Shown here: one piece after another, positions 29,279-40,003 of the stretch
Layout: each line of letters begins with the position of its first letter
How positions within the stretch are numbered: the stretch's first letter is position 1
DNA from: Armatimonadota bacterium
GTDB lineage: Bacteria > Armatimonadota > Fimbriimonadia > Fimbriimonadales > GBS-DC
Assembly: GCA_037444405.1 (NCBI GenBank)
Contig: JBBIML010000011.1
Location: forward strand, 96,653-160,652
Direction of reading: 5' to 3'
Length of the DNA stretch: 64,000 nucleotides
The notes under the pieces: model-generated
Told to the model about the DNA's origin: nothing
Databases searched by the model: none
Seen by the model: only the letters and a program-made list of their open reading frames with translations
Translations under genes and position numbers: made by a program

Positions 29279-30217
29279 ATGCCGCAGGTGGCGTCGGTCG
29301 GTATCCTCGTTGCCGATGTGGTGGCGTACCCGGTAAGCGCGTATCCAGAGCGCGGCGTGTGCGTGCATGTGCAGCGCATGGAGCTGCATGTCGGCGGCTG
29401 CGCCTCCAACACCGCGCTCGCGCTCGCCAAGCTGGGCATCGATACGGTGGTGATTGGCAAGGTTGGTGAAGACCCGTTCGGCGATTTTTTGATCCATGAG
29501 CTACAGCGGTACGGTGTGCGCACGGAGGGTATACGCCGCACGCGCGAGGCGGGCACATCCAGCACGATGGTGATGGTGCATCCTGACGGCGAGCGCTCCT
29601 TCATTCACTATATGGGCGCGAACGCGCTGTTCAACCCCGACGACATCAACTGGAGCCTGGTGCAGGACTGTAGGGTGTTTCACCTGGCGGGGGCGTTCCT
29701 GATGCCCGCGATGGATGGCGAACCTGCCGCACAGGTGCTACAAAAAGCGCGCTCGCTGGGGCTGATTACATGCCTGGACACCACATGGGATGCCACAGGC
29801 GGCTGGCTGCGCACGCTTCAGCCATGCCTGCCGCACCTGGACTATATTGTGCCGAACTATGGCGAAGCGTCGCAGTTAACGGGGGAGACGGAACCCGAAC
29901 GGATCGCCGACCGACTGCTGGCGGAAGGTGTGGGCACGGTGGTCATCAAGATGGCGGGCGAGGGCTGCTTCGTCAAGAATCGGGCGACGGCGTTTCATCT
30001 GCCTGCCTATCCCGTGCGGCTGGTGGACGCGCTGGGGGCAGGGGACTGCTTCAGCGCGGGCTTCACCGCAGGGCTGGCGCTGGGATGGGATTTAGAAAGC
30101 ACGGCACGACTGGCGAACGCCGTCGGCGCACTCTGCGTGACGCAGCTGGGCGCAACCACGGGCGTGCGCTCCCTGCAGGACACGCTGGCGTTCATGAAGA
30201 GCCACACGCCTGCGTAA
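29279..30217 (+). CDS. PfkB family carbohydrate kinase
   Basis: GGCASNTA, DALGAGDCF. Confidence 0.92.
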   Translation: MPQVASVGILVADVVAYPVSAYPERGVCVHVQRMELHVGGCASNTALALAKLGIDTVVIGKVGEDPFGDFLIHELQRYGVRTEGIRRTREAGTSSTMVMVHPDGERSFIHYMGANALFNPDDINWSLVQDCRVFHLAGAFLMPAMDGEPAAQVLQKARSLGLITCLDTTWDATGGWLRTLQPCLPHLDYIVPNYGEASQLTGETEPERIADRLLAEGVGTVVIKMAGEGCFVKNRATAFHLPAYPVRLVDALGAGDCFSAGFTAGLALGWDLESTARLANAVGALCVTQLGATTGVRSLQDTLAFMKSHTPA

Positions 30218-30219
30218 GC

Positions 30220-31440
30220 CTACCGATCGATCTCACCCAGCACGATATCGATGCTGCCAATCAGCGCGACCATATCGGCGATCAGGCGACCCACCGCCAT
30301 CTTCTCCAGCGCCTGCAGGTTCATAAAGCTGGGCGCACGCGTGTGCATGCGGTAGGGGCGGTTGGTGCCGTCGCTCACGAAATAGAATCCCAGCTCGCCT
30401 TTGGGCGACTCGATAGGCACATAGGCTTCGCCCACAGGCGGACGAAAGCCCTCCGTGTGAATCTTGAACCAGTGGATGAGCGACTCCATCGAGTTATCGA
30501 TGGCTTCACGCGGTGGGGGCACGATTTTGGGATCCTCCACCCGATAGGGTCCTTCGGGTAAGCCGTCGATGGCTTGCTGAAGAATCTTGAGGCTCTCGCG
30601 CATCTCCGCCATGCGCACCAGATAGCGGTCGTACACATCGCCGCGCGTGCCCACAGGGATGTTGAAATCGAACTGCTCATAGCCGCTGTAAGGGTTCGAT
30701 TTGCGGATGTCCCATGCGAGACCTGTGGCGCGAATGGTGGGTCCGCTGACACCCAGCGCGAAGCACTCCTCGGTGGTGATGGCGCCGATGCCCATCGTGC
30801 GCTCCCGCCAGGCAGGGTTCTCGGTGAGGATGCCCTCGATATCATCCAGGGCGTTCGGCAGCTCTTTAATGAGCTGGCGCAGGCGCACATCGAAGCCCGG
30901 TGGCATATCGCCGCGCAGCCCGCCCGGGCAAATCCAGCTGGGCATCATGCGCACGCCCGACATCATCTCAAATAAATCTAAGATCTTCTCACGCTCGCGG
31001 AAGGCATAGAAGAAGATGGTCATCGCGCCCAGGTCCATCGCGTGCGTGCCAATCCACACCAGATGGCTGGCAAGGCGCGACAGCTCCGCCAGAATCACAC
31101 GTAGGTACTGCCCGCGCGGCGGGATTTCGATGCCCAGAATCTTCTCGATGGAGAGCGAGAAGGCGAGATTGTTATTGTTCGCGGAGAGGTAGTCCATGCG
31201 ATCGGTCATCGGCAGTGCCTTGTAGTAGGTGAGGTACTCGGCTTCTTTTTCCATGCCGGTGTGGAGGTAGCCGATAACGCACTCGGCTTTCACGATGCGC
31301 TCGCCCTCCAGCTCGCACACCACGCGCAGCACCCCATGCGTGCTGGGATGCTGGGGACCCATGTTGATAATCATTGTGCCCTCTTCGGTGCGCTCCACAC
31401 TGGTGGCGACCGCCTGCGACGGAATATATGGCTGACGCAT
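30220..31440 (-). CDS. nuoD: NADH-quinone oxidoreductase subunit D (orphan)
   Basis: NMGPQHPSTHGVLR, GYLH, ESPKGELG, DIVLGEIDR. Confidence 0.96.
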   Translation of the reverse strand: MRQPYIPSQAVATSVERTEEGTMIINMGPQHPSTHGVLRVVCELEGERIVKAECVIGYLHTGMEKEAEYLTYYKALPMTDRMDYLSANNNNLAFSLSIEKILGIEIPPRGQYLRVILAELSRLASHLVWIGTHAMDLGAMTIFFYAFREREKILDLFEMMSGVRMMPSWICPGGLRGDMPPGFDVRLRQLIKELPNALDDIEGILTENPAWRERTMGIGAITTEECFALGVSGPTIRATGLAWDIRKSNPYSGYEQFDFNIPVGTRGDVYDRYLVRMAEMRESLKILQQAIDGLPEGPYRVEDPKIVPPPREAIDNSMESLIHWFKIHTEGFRPPVGEAYVPIESPKGELGFYFVSDGTNRPYRMHTRAPSFMNLQALEKMAVGRLIADMVALIGSIDIVLGEIDR

Positions 31441-31581
31441 AGCAAAGGGATTATACTCGAAGCCCGCGCTTCAGGGTATCAACGGAGGTCTGACCGCGCG
31501 TGAACAGCAGTAAATCTCCTGCCGTCTTGACGAAGGATTATCCAGTGGTGGGAGGTATTATAGACTGCAGGAGGTGAACCC

Positions 31582-32874
31582 ATGCGAAGTGGTTTGCGAG
31601 CGTTAACACTGGCGCTCCTTAGCGTCTGGACAGGTATAGCTGCGCATGCCGACAGCGTGCAGGTCGTGCTGGGACCCTTCACAGCGCCCGGGCAGGGCAT
31701 GTTCAGCCATGTTGACCTGTTCCCGATGCCGATCACACCCCCCTACTGGATAACGGGCTTCGAGGTGACGATGGTGGATGCCGATGGCAATCCACTTGAA
31801 CATGACACAGTGCATCTGCATCACACGCTGGTGGGCAATCTGGCGCGCCAGGCGTTGCCTGGCTCGGTGTGGGGGTCGTTCTACGAGATTTTCATGGGCG
31901 CGGGGCATGAAAGGGTGCCCGTTGCGTTCCCCACAGGCTACGGCTACTATGTGGCGCCGGGCGATATATTAGCCTATCAGGTGGAGATCATGAGCATGAC
32001 GGGCGCCGATGTGCCCGGTGTCTATATCGTCTACACCATCGAATATACTCACCAGCCGCAGCGCCATGTGCGCCCCTTCTGGATGAGTGCGGTCTCAGGC
32101 TTCGAGTATGATGTGCCGCCAGGGGGCAATCAGGGCGATGGGAATGACCTGCGCTCGCGTCAGTGGACAATGCCCGTGAGCGGGCGCATTCACGGCTTGT
32201 TGCCCCACCTGCATGCGGGCGGGCAGTGGATCGAGCTGTTGCGCGCTTCGGGCGAACTCATCTGGCACGCGGACGCCTACTATCACGAGGATCACCTGCA
32301 TCTGACTTACTGGTCCGACCCCGAAGGCGTGCCCGTTCAGCAGGGTGAACGGCTCGCCGTGCGGGCAGGCTACTTTAACCCTGGTCCGGGCTGGATTGAC
32401 GGCGCGATGGCGCTGATGGTCGCCATCGTCCACGCGCCCATCACGCTGGAGGGTACAGTGACGCTCAATCAGTATGCGGGCAACCCGTCGCAGGTGGAGG
32501 TAACCGTGCAGACGCTGATGCCCAACACCAGCAATGTGGTGGAGCAGTGGAGCGGCAGACTCTCGGCGAATGGCACCTTCTCGTTCCAGCCGTTGCGTCC
32601 TGGCACCTATGATGTGGCGGTCAAGGGGCGCCATTTCCTGCGCAAAATCGTGCGCGGTGTGTCGTTGAGCGACGGTCAAACGGCGCGTGTGCAGGTGGCG
32701 CTCACCAACGGTGATGTCAACGGCGATAATCGTGTCGATGATGCTGACCTGCTGATGGTGCTGTTCGCGTTTGGCGCTCAGGCTGGATCACCTGCCGATA
32801 TAACGGGCGACGGGCGTGTGGACGACAGCGACCTGCTCACGGTGCTGTTCAATTTCGGGCAGGTGGGCGAATGA
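31582..32874 (+). CDS. Secreted PHM/DBH-like copper monooxygenase-fold protein with dockerin-like tail
   Basis: Signal peptide; HLHH, PHLHAGG, downstream [20 protein letters not shown]. Confidence 0.65.
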   Translation: MRSGLRALTLALLSVWTGIAAHADSVQVVLGPFTAPGQGMFSHVDLFPMPITPPYWITGFEVTMVDADGNPLEHDTVHLHHTLVGNLARQALPGSVWGSFYEIFMGAGHERVPVAFPTGYGYYVAPGDILAYQVEIMSMTGADVPGVYIVYTIEYTHQPQRHVRPFWMSAVSGFEYDVPPGGNQGDGNDLRSRQWTMPVSGRIHGLLPHLHAGGQWIELLRASGELIWHADAYYHEDHLHLTYWSDPEGVPVQQGERLAVRAGYFNPGPGWIDGAMALMVAIVHAPITLEGTVTLNQYAGNPSQVEVTVQTLMPNTSNVVEQWSGRLSANGTFSFQPLRPGTYDVAVKGRHFLRKIVRGVSLSDGQTARVQVALTNGDVNGDNRVDDADLLMVLFAFGAQAGSPADITGDGRVDDSDLLTVLFNFGQVGE

Positions 32875-33953
32875 ATAGCTTCGGGCATCTGTTTCGCATC
32901 ACGACATGGGGCGAGTCGCATGGGGGCGCGGTGGGCGTGGTGGTCGACGGCTGCCCACCGTGCATTCCCATCACCCCTGAAGAGATTCAGGCGGAGTTAG
33001 AGCGTCGCCGTCCGGGTCAGAGCCGGCTCGTCTCCCAGCGCAGGGAAGGGGACACGGTGCAGATTCTGTCGGGCGTGTTCGAAGGTCAGACGCTCGGCAC
33101 GCCCATCCTGATGCTGGTGTGGAACACCGATGCTCGCCCTGAAGCCTATGAGCCGTTCAAGCATCTCTATCGCCCCTCGCACGCCGATTACACCTATCAG
33201 GCGAAGTATGGCATTCGTGACTGGCGGGGCGGGGGGCGCAGCAGCGCACGCGAAACCATCGGGCGCGTGGCGGCAGGCGCACTCGCCAAAAAGGTGTTGA
33301 AAACCCTCTGGAGCGTCGAAATCATCGGCTGGGTGGAACAGATTCACACCCTGTGCGCGACGGTGAACCCCGAAACCGTTACGCTGGAGCAGGTGGAGAG
33401 CAACCCTGTGCGCTGTCCCGATCCCGAGATTGCCCGGCAGATGATCGAGCGCATCGAGCAGGTGCGCAAGCAGGGCGATTCGGTGGGCGGGGTGATTCGC
33501 TGTGTGGCGCGCAATGTGCCCCCGGGCTGGGGTAGCCCCGTGTTCGATAAGCTGGAAGCCGACCTCGCGAAGGCGGTGATGAGCATTCCCGCCACCAAAG
33601 GCTTCGAGATAGGCTCAGGCTTTCGCGGCGTGTCGATGCTCGGTAGCGAGCATAACGACGAGTTCTACACCGACGAATCGGGTCGCATTCGCACGCGCAC
33701 GAACTTTTCAGGCGGCGTGCAGGGCGGCATCAGTAATGGCGAGCTGATTGACATTCGCGTCGCCTTTAAGCCGACGGCAACCATCTTTCGGGAGCAGGCG
33801 ACGGTGGACGAATGGGGTGAGCCAGCTACTCTTAAAGCGCGCGGTCGGCACGATCCCAGCGTGGTGCCGCGTGCCGTGCCGATTGTGGAGGCGATGGTTG
33901 CGCTGGTGCTGGTGGACCACGCGCTGCGCCATCGCGGGCAGTGCGGCGGCTAA
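32871..33953 (+). CDS. aroC: Chorismate synthase
   Basis: [28 protein letters not shown]. Confidence 0.97.
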   Translation: MNSFGHLFRITTWGESHGGAVGVVVDGCPPCIPITPEEIQAELERRRPGQSRLVSQRREGDTVQILSGVFEGQTLGTPILMLVWNTDARPEAYEPFKHLYRPSHADYTYQAKYGIRDWRGGGRSSARETIGRVAAGALAKKVLKTLWSVEIIGWVEQIHTLCATVNPETVTLEQVESNPVRCPDPEIARQMIERIEQVRKQGDSVGGVIRCVARNVPPGWGSPVFDKLEADLAKAVMSIPATKGFEIGSGFRGVSMLGSEHNDEFYTDESGRIRTRTNFSGGVQGGISNGELIDIRVAFKPTATIFREQATVDEWGEPATLKARGRHDPSVVPRAVPIVEAMVALVLVDHALRHRGQCGG

Positions 33954-34059
33954 CCCTCGCAAAAGTGCCAGATTTTATCCTTTGCCCTTCAGAGAGCCGT
34001 ATATCGCGCCTATAATCCCATCGGCGCATGGAGGCGCTGGGCGGAGGATGGTCTAAGCC

Positions 34060-35127
34060 ATGGAGGTCTATCATCTCTTTCCGGAAGCAGGAGTGGCGTC
34101 CGCCGCGCCACCACGGCGGCGTGTGCTGATCGTGGATGACGATAATCTGGTGCGGGACACGCTCCGATTTGTGCTGGAGGACGCGGGCTACGATGTGTGG
34201 GCGACAGCGCACGGCGCCGACGCGCTTGCCGTGCTGGAAAGCCAGCCCATCGATATCGTGCTGAGCGACATCTTTATGCCCGGCATGAACGGGTTTGATT
34301 TATTGAAGCAGATTCGCGCGCGTCGCCCCGAGGTGCCCGTGATCCTGGTCACCGGGTTCGGCAACATCGAGATGGCGCGTCAGGCGCTGAAGGAGGGTGC
34401 GACCGACTTCATCACCAAGCCGTACAATGTCCACGAAATCCCGATATTGATTGAGCGCAATCTCACGCGCCACACGCTGGAAAGCACGCGCACGAGCGCC
34501 CTTCAGGAGGAGGTGCAGCGCTCCTACCGCGCCACGCTGGAGGCGCTGCTGGCAGCGTTAGATACGCGCGATACCGAGACCGAAGGGCACTCGGAGCGTG
34601 TCGCTGCCTACACCATGCTGATTGCCCAGCAGCTCAACCTCTCGCAGGAGGAGCTACAGCACATTGAGCGGGGCGCGCTGCTGCATGACATCGGTAAAAT
34701 CGGTGTGCCTGACCATATCCTTTACAAGCCTGGACCGCTCACCCCCGATGAGTGGGAGATAATGAAGCAGCATCCTGTGATTGGCTACAAGATGTGTATG
34801 AAGATAGAGATGTTGCGCCCTGCCGCCCCGATAGTGTTGCATCATCATGAGCGGTGGGACGGCAAGGGCTATCCCTATGGCTTGAGCGGGGAAGAGATCC
34901 CGCTCGGCGCCCGCATCTTCGCCATCGCCGATACGCTGGACGCAATGACATCGGATCGTCCGTACCGCAGGGCGCTCTCCTTCGCGCAGGCACGCGAAGA
35001 GATCGAGCGCTGTGCTGGCAGCCAGTTTGACCCTGAGCTGGTCAGGATCTTCCTCCGCTTGCCCGAAGAGGAGTTGCGCATGATTCGGGAGATTACCATC
35101 TCCAATCGGGAAGCGCGTGCTGCATGA
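34060..35127 (+). CDS. Response regulator with HD-GYP c-di-GMP phosphodiesterase
   Basis: REC (VDDD, SDIFMP), LHDIGKIG, HHERWDGKGYP. Confidence 0.94.
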   Translation: MEVYHLFPEAGVASAAPPRRRVLIVDDDNLVRDTLRFVLEDAGYDVWATAHGADALAVLESQPIDIVLSDIFMPGMNGFDLLKQIRARRPEVPVILVTGFGNIEMARQALKEGATDFITKPYNVHEIPILIERNLTRHTLESTRTSALQEEVQRSYRATLEALLAALDTRDTETEGHSERVAAYTMLIAQQLNLSQEELQHIERGALLHDIGKIGVPDHILYKPGPLTPDEWEIMKQHPVIGYKMCMKIEMLRPAAPIVLHHHERWDGKGYPYGLSGEEIPLGARIFAIADTLDAMTSDRPYRRALSFAQAREEIERCAGSQFDPELVRIFLRLPEEELRMIREITISNREARAA

Positions 35128-35135
35128 TCACCCCC

Positions 35136-35321
35136 TCAAGCGGACTGGCGCCGGGTTGCGAACGCGCGCCGCAGCAGCGCGATCACACGCTGCAGCTCCT
35201 CATACGCTGCCTGACACGACGGACAGGTCTCCAGATGTCGTTCCAGCTGCTCGGCGAGACGGGGATGCAGGTCGTTCATCAGATGGGCTTCCATATACTC
35301 CCGTACCCGTCGACAGGTCAT
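35136..35321 (-). CDS. Small soluble zf-HC2 anti-sigma factor
   Basis: MTCRRV...HLETCPSC, directly after the ECF gene. Confidence 0.82.
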   Translation of the reverse strand: MTCRRVREYMEAHLMNDLHPRLAEQLERHLETCPSCQAAYEELQRVIALLRRAFATRRQSA

Positions 35322-35324
35322 GGC

Positions 35325-35867
35325 TTATCCATCCTCCTCTGTGATTGCTCGCACAATCGGATGGGCGCGCAATCGGGCAAGCGCACGGTTGATCCGCTTC
35401 CGAACCGCCTCCACATTGATACCCATCGCTTTGGCGATTTCGTGATAGCGCATGCCATCGCCGTACCGCATCTCGATCATGCGCCTGTCCTCTTCCGACA
35501 GCGTCTGCAGCACCTGCTGCAGCACCATATAAAGCAAGGCATCATCCTCATACGAGGCATACGGCTCCGACTCGGTGTCGGCTTCCAGACCCAGCGAACA
35601 CATCTCCAGCTCGCGGCGTCGCTCGCGGAGCCAGGTGAAGACCGTGTTGCGCACCAGCACCTGCAGCCATGGGTCTAACTTATCGGTGTCGCGTAGCTGC
35701 TCCAGGCTGTTGTAGACCCGCAGTAGGCATTCCTGGGTCAGGTCCTCGACATCGTCGTCGCCCGAGCGCACATAACGGCGCACGATTCGCTCGATGCGCG
35801 GACGCAGCGACGCAAAGAACTGCTGCTCCGCATACTCCGTTGCAAAGTACCTTTCCGAATATTGCAT
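35325..35867 (-). CDS. ECF sigma factor
   Basis: DVEDLTQECLLRV, WLQVLVRN, YHEIAKAMGINVEAVRKRINRA. Confidence 0.9.
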   Translation of the reverse strand: MQYSERYFATEYAEQQFFASLRPRIERIVRRYVRSGDDDVEDLTQECLLRVYNSLEQLRDTDKLDPWLQVLVRNTVFTWLRERRRELEMCSLGLEADTESEPYASYEDDALLYMVLQQVLQTLSEEDRRMIEMRYGDGMRYHEIAKAMGINVEAVRKRINRALARLRAHPIVRAITEEDG

Positions 35868-36156
35868 GGTCGAGCCACCTTCCTTCCGTCCAAGCCCCCT
35901 GAGGGCTTCACCTGTTAATGACTCAAAAAGCAGTCAAAACCGGACAGGTTGCGGGACGAATTTCGCCGATTTTGCCCGATTCTGGGGCAGGTGCAGGGAT
36001 AAATGGGGCGTCAGAATGTCAGCCGGTGGCTCTGAGAGGTTTGTTCACTGGAGAGTAACCTTCCCTCCCAGAGTGTTGCCTGGTACAACCCCTTTCCGCG
36101 ACCTGCTCCACACCTATTATATATCGATTCACCCCTTTTTGCCAAGAGGTGGCAGG

Positions 36157-37845
36157 CTATTCGAGCATGAGCTCCATGCGCACGGTTCCTGCCCGTTCGT
36201 GGCGTGCGGTCAGGCGCACGGTGCCGCCGTTTGGCGCGTGGACGACCCATTCGACTCTGGCACGGTCCTCGGTGGGGTCGGAATGCCACACGGTGACAGC
36301 GGAGGGTTTATAGGCGCGCCCTTCGAGCTGACCCAGTTCCTCGCGCGGTTGACCCGTGCGGAGGGTCGCTCCTTCGGGCAGTTCGATCTCAGCGATCACG
36401 CCGCGTACCACCTTCTTTTCAAGCGCTTTTTTGGTGATGTAGGTGGGCAACCAGCCTGTGTTCTGCACCACCAGCCGCACCTGATAGAGATTATCGCCCA
36501 GCGGGATTGCCTTCGCCTCATAAATCTCGAGCTTCGGCGAGATGAGCAGGTGCCACACCAGCCAGTCGGGGAAGCGGGCGATCTCCTTTTCGAGAAACTC
36601 TGGCGGCGGGTTGCGCCAGGCATACATCGTGTCCCAACCGCCCAGTTCGACCTTGCCCAGCTGGGGATGATCGAACTCGTACCAGTCCACATAGCCCCTG
36701 CCGCCCAGCACCTCGTCGCTCCAGCGCAGCAGCTTGAGGTCGTCCTCAGCGGGATGCTCGCGGTACCAGTCGATGAATTTATAATCGGTGATGCCCGCCT
36801 GTTGTTGCGGACTCCAGATTTCGACGGTCCATGCGAACACGCCCAGATGGTCGTACATCCAGTCGTCGAACACGCCGGAAATGTACTCTTTGGGGTGGTA
36901 TTTGAAGTCGTGGAACACGCTCACATTGGGATAGCCTGTGATCTGGGTGCCTTTGGCGCCGATTTTGTGGTAGGTCCAGAGGTCCTCGGCAGGGAAGGCG
37001 TCATCGGGTTGATGGCTGTAGGGTCGGAGCAGCACACCGCCCCATGTGTGGAAGGTGACAGCTCCCGTGATGTTGGGATGTTTCACGATGAAGTCGACGA
37101 TCGCGCGCACTTCGGGTTCGGAGGTGGGGTAGGGACCTGCGCCCGGTTGCTCATGTTCCTGGCGCCAGTTGGAGGGGAAATTGCGATTGAGGTCGAGCCG
37201 CTCCTTTTTGGGCTGGATGGTGAGGATGGCGGGGTCAAAAGGTTCGTCGAAGCGTCCTTCGGGCAGGATGCGATAGTACTCGCCGCCTTCCTCGTCGGGC
37301 TCGCGGCGTATCATCAGGCGCGGCTCGTCGGGATGCTTTTTCCAGTTGCCGTTGGGGTCAGGAATGCGCATCAGTAGCATGCGTCCATCGTTATCGATAT
37401 CCTCTGTTACCAGTCCACCGATGGGTTCCTCATCGTAAGGGTAGGGGCGGGTGCTGGAGCGAATGATTTTGGGCTTGTCCGCTAATGCCCATTCCGCGCC
37501 GTCGGGGTTCACCCGCGGGCAGATGTAGAAGGCGCGTGTGTCCAGACAGCGCGTGATGGCGGGATGCGTGCCGTACTCCTGCACCAGCCGATTGATGAAA
37601 TAGAGACAGGCGGTGGAGGGGGAGACCTCGCTCGCGTGGATATTGCCGTCCACCCAGAACGCGGGCTTCTCGGTGTCCGCGCCCGTGGCGAAATTGGTAA
37701 TGGTCAGCAGCCAGATGTCGCGCCCTTCATAGCTTTTGCCGATGCTCTCAATGCGCACGAGGTTTGGATACTCCTCCGCGTAGGCGTGCAGGATGCGCGT
37801 CAGCTCATCATAGCGATAGTAGGTATCAAACCGTACCGCTGGCAT
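36157..37845 (-). CDS. Zinc carboxypeptidase (M14)
   Basis: IHASE, NPDG, DLNRNF, FHT. Confidence 0.93.
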   Translation of the reverse strand: MPAVRFDTYYRYDELTRILHAYAEEYPNLVRIESIGKSYEGRDIWLLTITNFATGADTEKPAFWVDGNIHASEVSPSTACLYFINRLVQEYGTHPAITRCLDTRAFYICPRVNPDGAEWALADKPKIIRSSTRPYPYDEEPIGGLVTEDIDNDGRMLLMRIPDPNGNWKKHPDEPRLMIRREPDEEGGEYYRILPEGRFDEPFDPAILTIQPKKERLDLNRNFPSNWRQEHEQPGAGPYPTSEPEVRAIVDFIVKHPNITGAVTFHTWGGVLLRPYSHQPDDAFPAEDLWTYHKIGAKGTQITGYPNVSVFHDFKYHPKEYISGVFDDWMYDHLGVFAWTVEIWSPQQQAGITDYKFIDWYREHPAEDDLKLLRWSDEVLGGRGYVDWYEFDHPQLGKVELGGWDTMYAWRNPPPEFLEKEIARFPDWLVWHLLISPKLEIYEAKAIPLGDNLYQVRLVVQNTGWLPTYITKKALEKKVVRGVIAEIELPEGATLRTGQPREELGQLEGRAYKPSAVTVWHSDPTEDRARVEWVVHAPNGGTVRLTARHERAGTVRMELMLE

Positions 37846-37913
37846 CGTTCACCTCCGCACGGGGGATTCAGCAAGCATAGGCGCGATTCCTGTTGACCAG
37901 CAGCGGGTATCCT

Positions 37914-38261
37914 ATGGGGCGGGGGAAACATACGGTGCGATTATCGGAATTCAAACGATTGATCGAGGCAGAGTTCGGTCCGAATCTGCGCAATGCCACC
38001 CCGGCAAATGTGCGGGAGTTTCTGGATCGGCTCCAGCAGGATGCGTATGCGGAGCGCAAGGTGCCCCGCTATGTGCTGGAGTCGGAGGCGGCGCAGTCGT
38101 TTGAGGAGGTCGTGAAGGACTTCTTCGCACGCGTGCTGGATATGCCCGATCATGAGGCGGCAATCCTGCTGTGGATGGTCGCCTTTGAGCTGGCGTTCGC
38201 CGCGATTGAGCATCAGTATGCGGAGCAGTTAGACCCGCTGTTCCGTTCGATGGAGGAGTGA
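37914..38261 (+). CDS. Hypothetical protein
   Basis: Compact ORF with host codon usage filling the gap; start could be GTG 37935. Confidence 0.7.
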   Translation: MGRGKHTVRLSEFKRLIEAEFGPNLRNATPANVREFLDRLQQDAYAERKVPRYVLESEAAQSFEEVVKDFFARVLDMPDHEAAILLWMVAFELAFAAIEHQYAEQLDPLFRSMEE

Positions 38262-38266
38262 GCGAT

Positions 38267-38295
38267 GCCCGCCCCCTCATTCAACGGGGGCGGGC
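38267..38295. terminator. Hairpin between convergent genes
   Basis: gcccgccccc-N9-gggggcgggc. Confidence 0.6.
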
Positions 38296-38315
38296 GCGAA
38301 GAAGAGAATATCCGA

Positions 38316-39590
38316 CTACCGCTTCATGTTCACCACATCGGCGAGCAGTTCGTCGACCACCGACACGATGCGCGTGTTCGCCTGAAAGCCGCGCTGGGTG
38401 ATAATCATGTCAGCGAACTCGGAGCCAAGGTCCACATTGGACTGCTCCAGATAGCCCGCGTTGACCTCGCCCAGCCCGGCGGTGGTTGGCGGTGCGACCT
38501 GCGGCAAGCCGGAGTTATCAGTCTGGCGCCACATGTTGTTGCCCAGTCGCTCCAGCCCCATCGGGTTCGCGAAGAGGGCGAGCGCGATTCGCCCCATCGG
38601 ACGGCTCAAGCCGTTGGAGAAGATGCCCTGAACCGTGCCATCGATGCCAATTGCGAACTCCTGCAGAGTGCCGGGCGGGAAGCCATCCTGATAAACGGGC
38701 TGAACCGCAGAGTCGGCTGCCAGCGAGGTGAGCCTGGAGAGGTCGAGGGTGACAGTGAAGGGCGGTGCGCCGTTGGTCGGTGTGATGGTAATCTCCTGCG
38801 TGCCCGTGCCGACCAGGTTGCCCGACGCATCAAAGTAGAGGCGGGTGTTGCTTCCTGTGCTGAAGTCACCAACCGAAGTGCTGCCTTCGGTGGCGCTCCA
38901 CTCCCACGACATCACCGCGCCAGGCGGCGGGGAGCCAGCGGGCGGACTCTGGCGGTTGGTGAAGGTGAGCGTGATGTCGTGCGCGCCGCCCAGCGAGTCG
39001 TACACACGAACCGTGACGGCGTACGAATCGCTGCTGAGGGCGTTGGCGTTCAGGTTGCCCGTGTATTCGACGCGACTGGTCTGGCGCACTGCTGCCTGCG
39101 CACCGACAGGGAACTGCAGCACGGAGTTTGCCGTGATTGCCTGGTTGGTGTCGATGAGACCGCCAGTGTCAGCCCGCCAGCCCAGCACTTTCCAGCCCGT
39201 GCCCCGATGCACCAGGAAACCGCTGGCGTCGAGAGCGAATGCACCGTCGCGTGTGAACACGATATCGCGCCCATTGGTGAGCATAAAGAATCCGTTGCCC
39301 TGAATGGCGAGGTCGGTGCTACGACCTGTCAGCTCCAGCGCGCCCTGCAGGGGCAGAATGTCGATGGAGCCAACCTTGGAGCCGAGCCCGATCTGGATCG
39401 GGTTTGTGCCGCCCAGCACGCCGGAAGGGCGACTGGCTGATCGCAGGGTCTGGGAAAGCATGTCCTGAAAGTGAACCCGCGCGCTCTTGAAGCCAACCGT
39501 GTTGATGTTAGCGATGTTGTTGCCTATCACATTCATTTTGATCTGGTGCGCTTTTAGACTGGCGACACCTGAGAGCATAGCCTGCCACAT
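38316..39590 (-). CDS. flgE: Flagellar hook protein FlgE
   Basis: IGNNIANINTVGFK, DLAIQGNGFF, LEQSNVDL..QRGFQAN. Confidence 0.96.
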   Translation of the reverse strand: MWQAMLSGVASLKAHQIKMNVIGNNIANINTVGFKSARVHFQDMLSQTLRSASRPSGVLGGTNPIQIGLGSKVGSIDILPLQGALELTGRSTDLAIQGNGFFMLTNGRDIVFTRDGAFALDASGFLVHRGTGWKVLGWRADTGGLIDTNQAITANSVLQFPVGAQAAVRQTSRVEYTGNLNANALSSDSYAVTVRVYDSLGGAHDITLTFTNRQSPPAGSPPPGAVMSWEWSATEGSTSVGDFSTGSNTRLYFDASGNLVGTGTQEITITPTNGAPPFTVTLDLSRLTSLAADSAVQPVYQDGFPPGTLQEFAIGIDGTVQGIFSNGLSRPMGRIALALFANPMGLERLGNNMWRQTDNSGLPQVAPPTTAGLGEVNAGYLEQSNVDLGSEFADMIITQRGFQANTRIVSVVDELLADVVNMKR

Positions 39591-39603
39591 GGTTTCAACC
39601 TCC

Positions 39604-39978
39604 TCAGCGAATGGTCTGGATCGATTCGAACGGCACCAGCTGGTTATCGATTCGCAGGTAGACTCGCCCGCCGCTCATCTCGACCGCCTGCACCTTGCCG
39701 CTGATGCGCGTGCCGGTGGGCAGGATGGCTTCCACCTCGCGCCCGATGAGCGCGGATGCCTGGAAGGTGGTCAGTATCTGCCCCATGCGCTCCACGCTCT
39801 GGGCGGTGCTGAGCTGCGCCATCTGCGCCAGAAAGTCGCGGTCTTTGACGGGATCAAGCGGGTTCTGCGAGGTGAGTTCGATAATCAGCAGTCGCAGAAA
39901 CTGATAGGTGTCCAGCGCGGCGCGTGAGGACGCGCTGGGCAAACTGTTCGTGCCCGACTGCACGGCTAACACATTCAT
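39604..39978 (-). CDS. flgD: Hook capping protein FlgD
   Basis: FLRLLIIELTSQNPLDP..FLAQMAQLS. Confidence 0.9.
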   Translation of the reverse strand: MNVLAVQSGTNSLPSASSRAALDTYQFLRLLIIELTSQNPLDPVKDRDFLAQMAQLSTAQSVERMGQILTTFQASALIGREVEAILPTGTRISGKVQAVEMSGGRVYLRIDNQLVPFESIQTIR

Positions 39979-40003
39979 CGTTATCCTCCTCAGGCAGAGT
40001 GAA

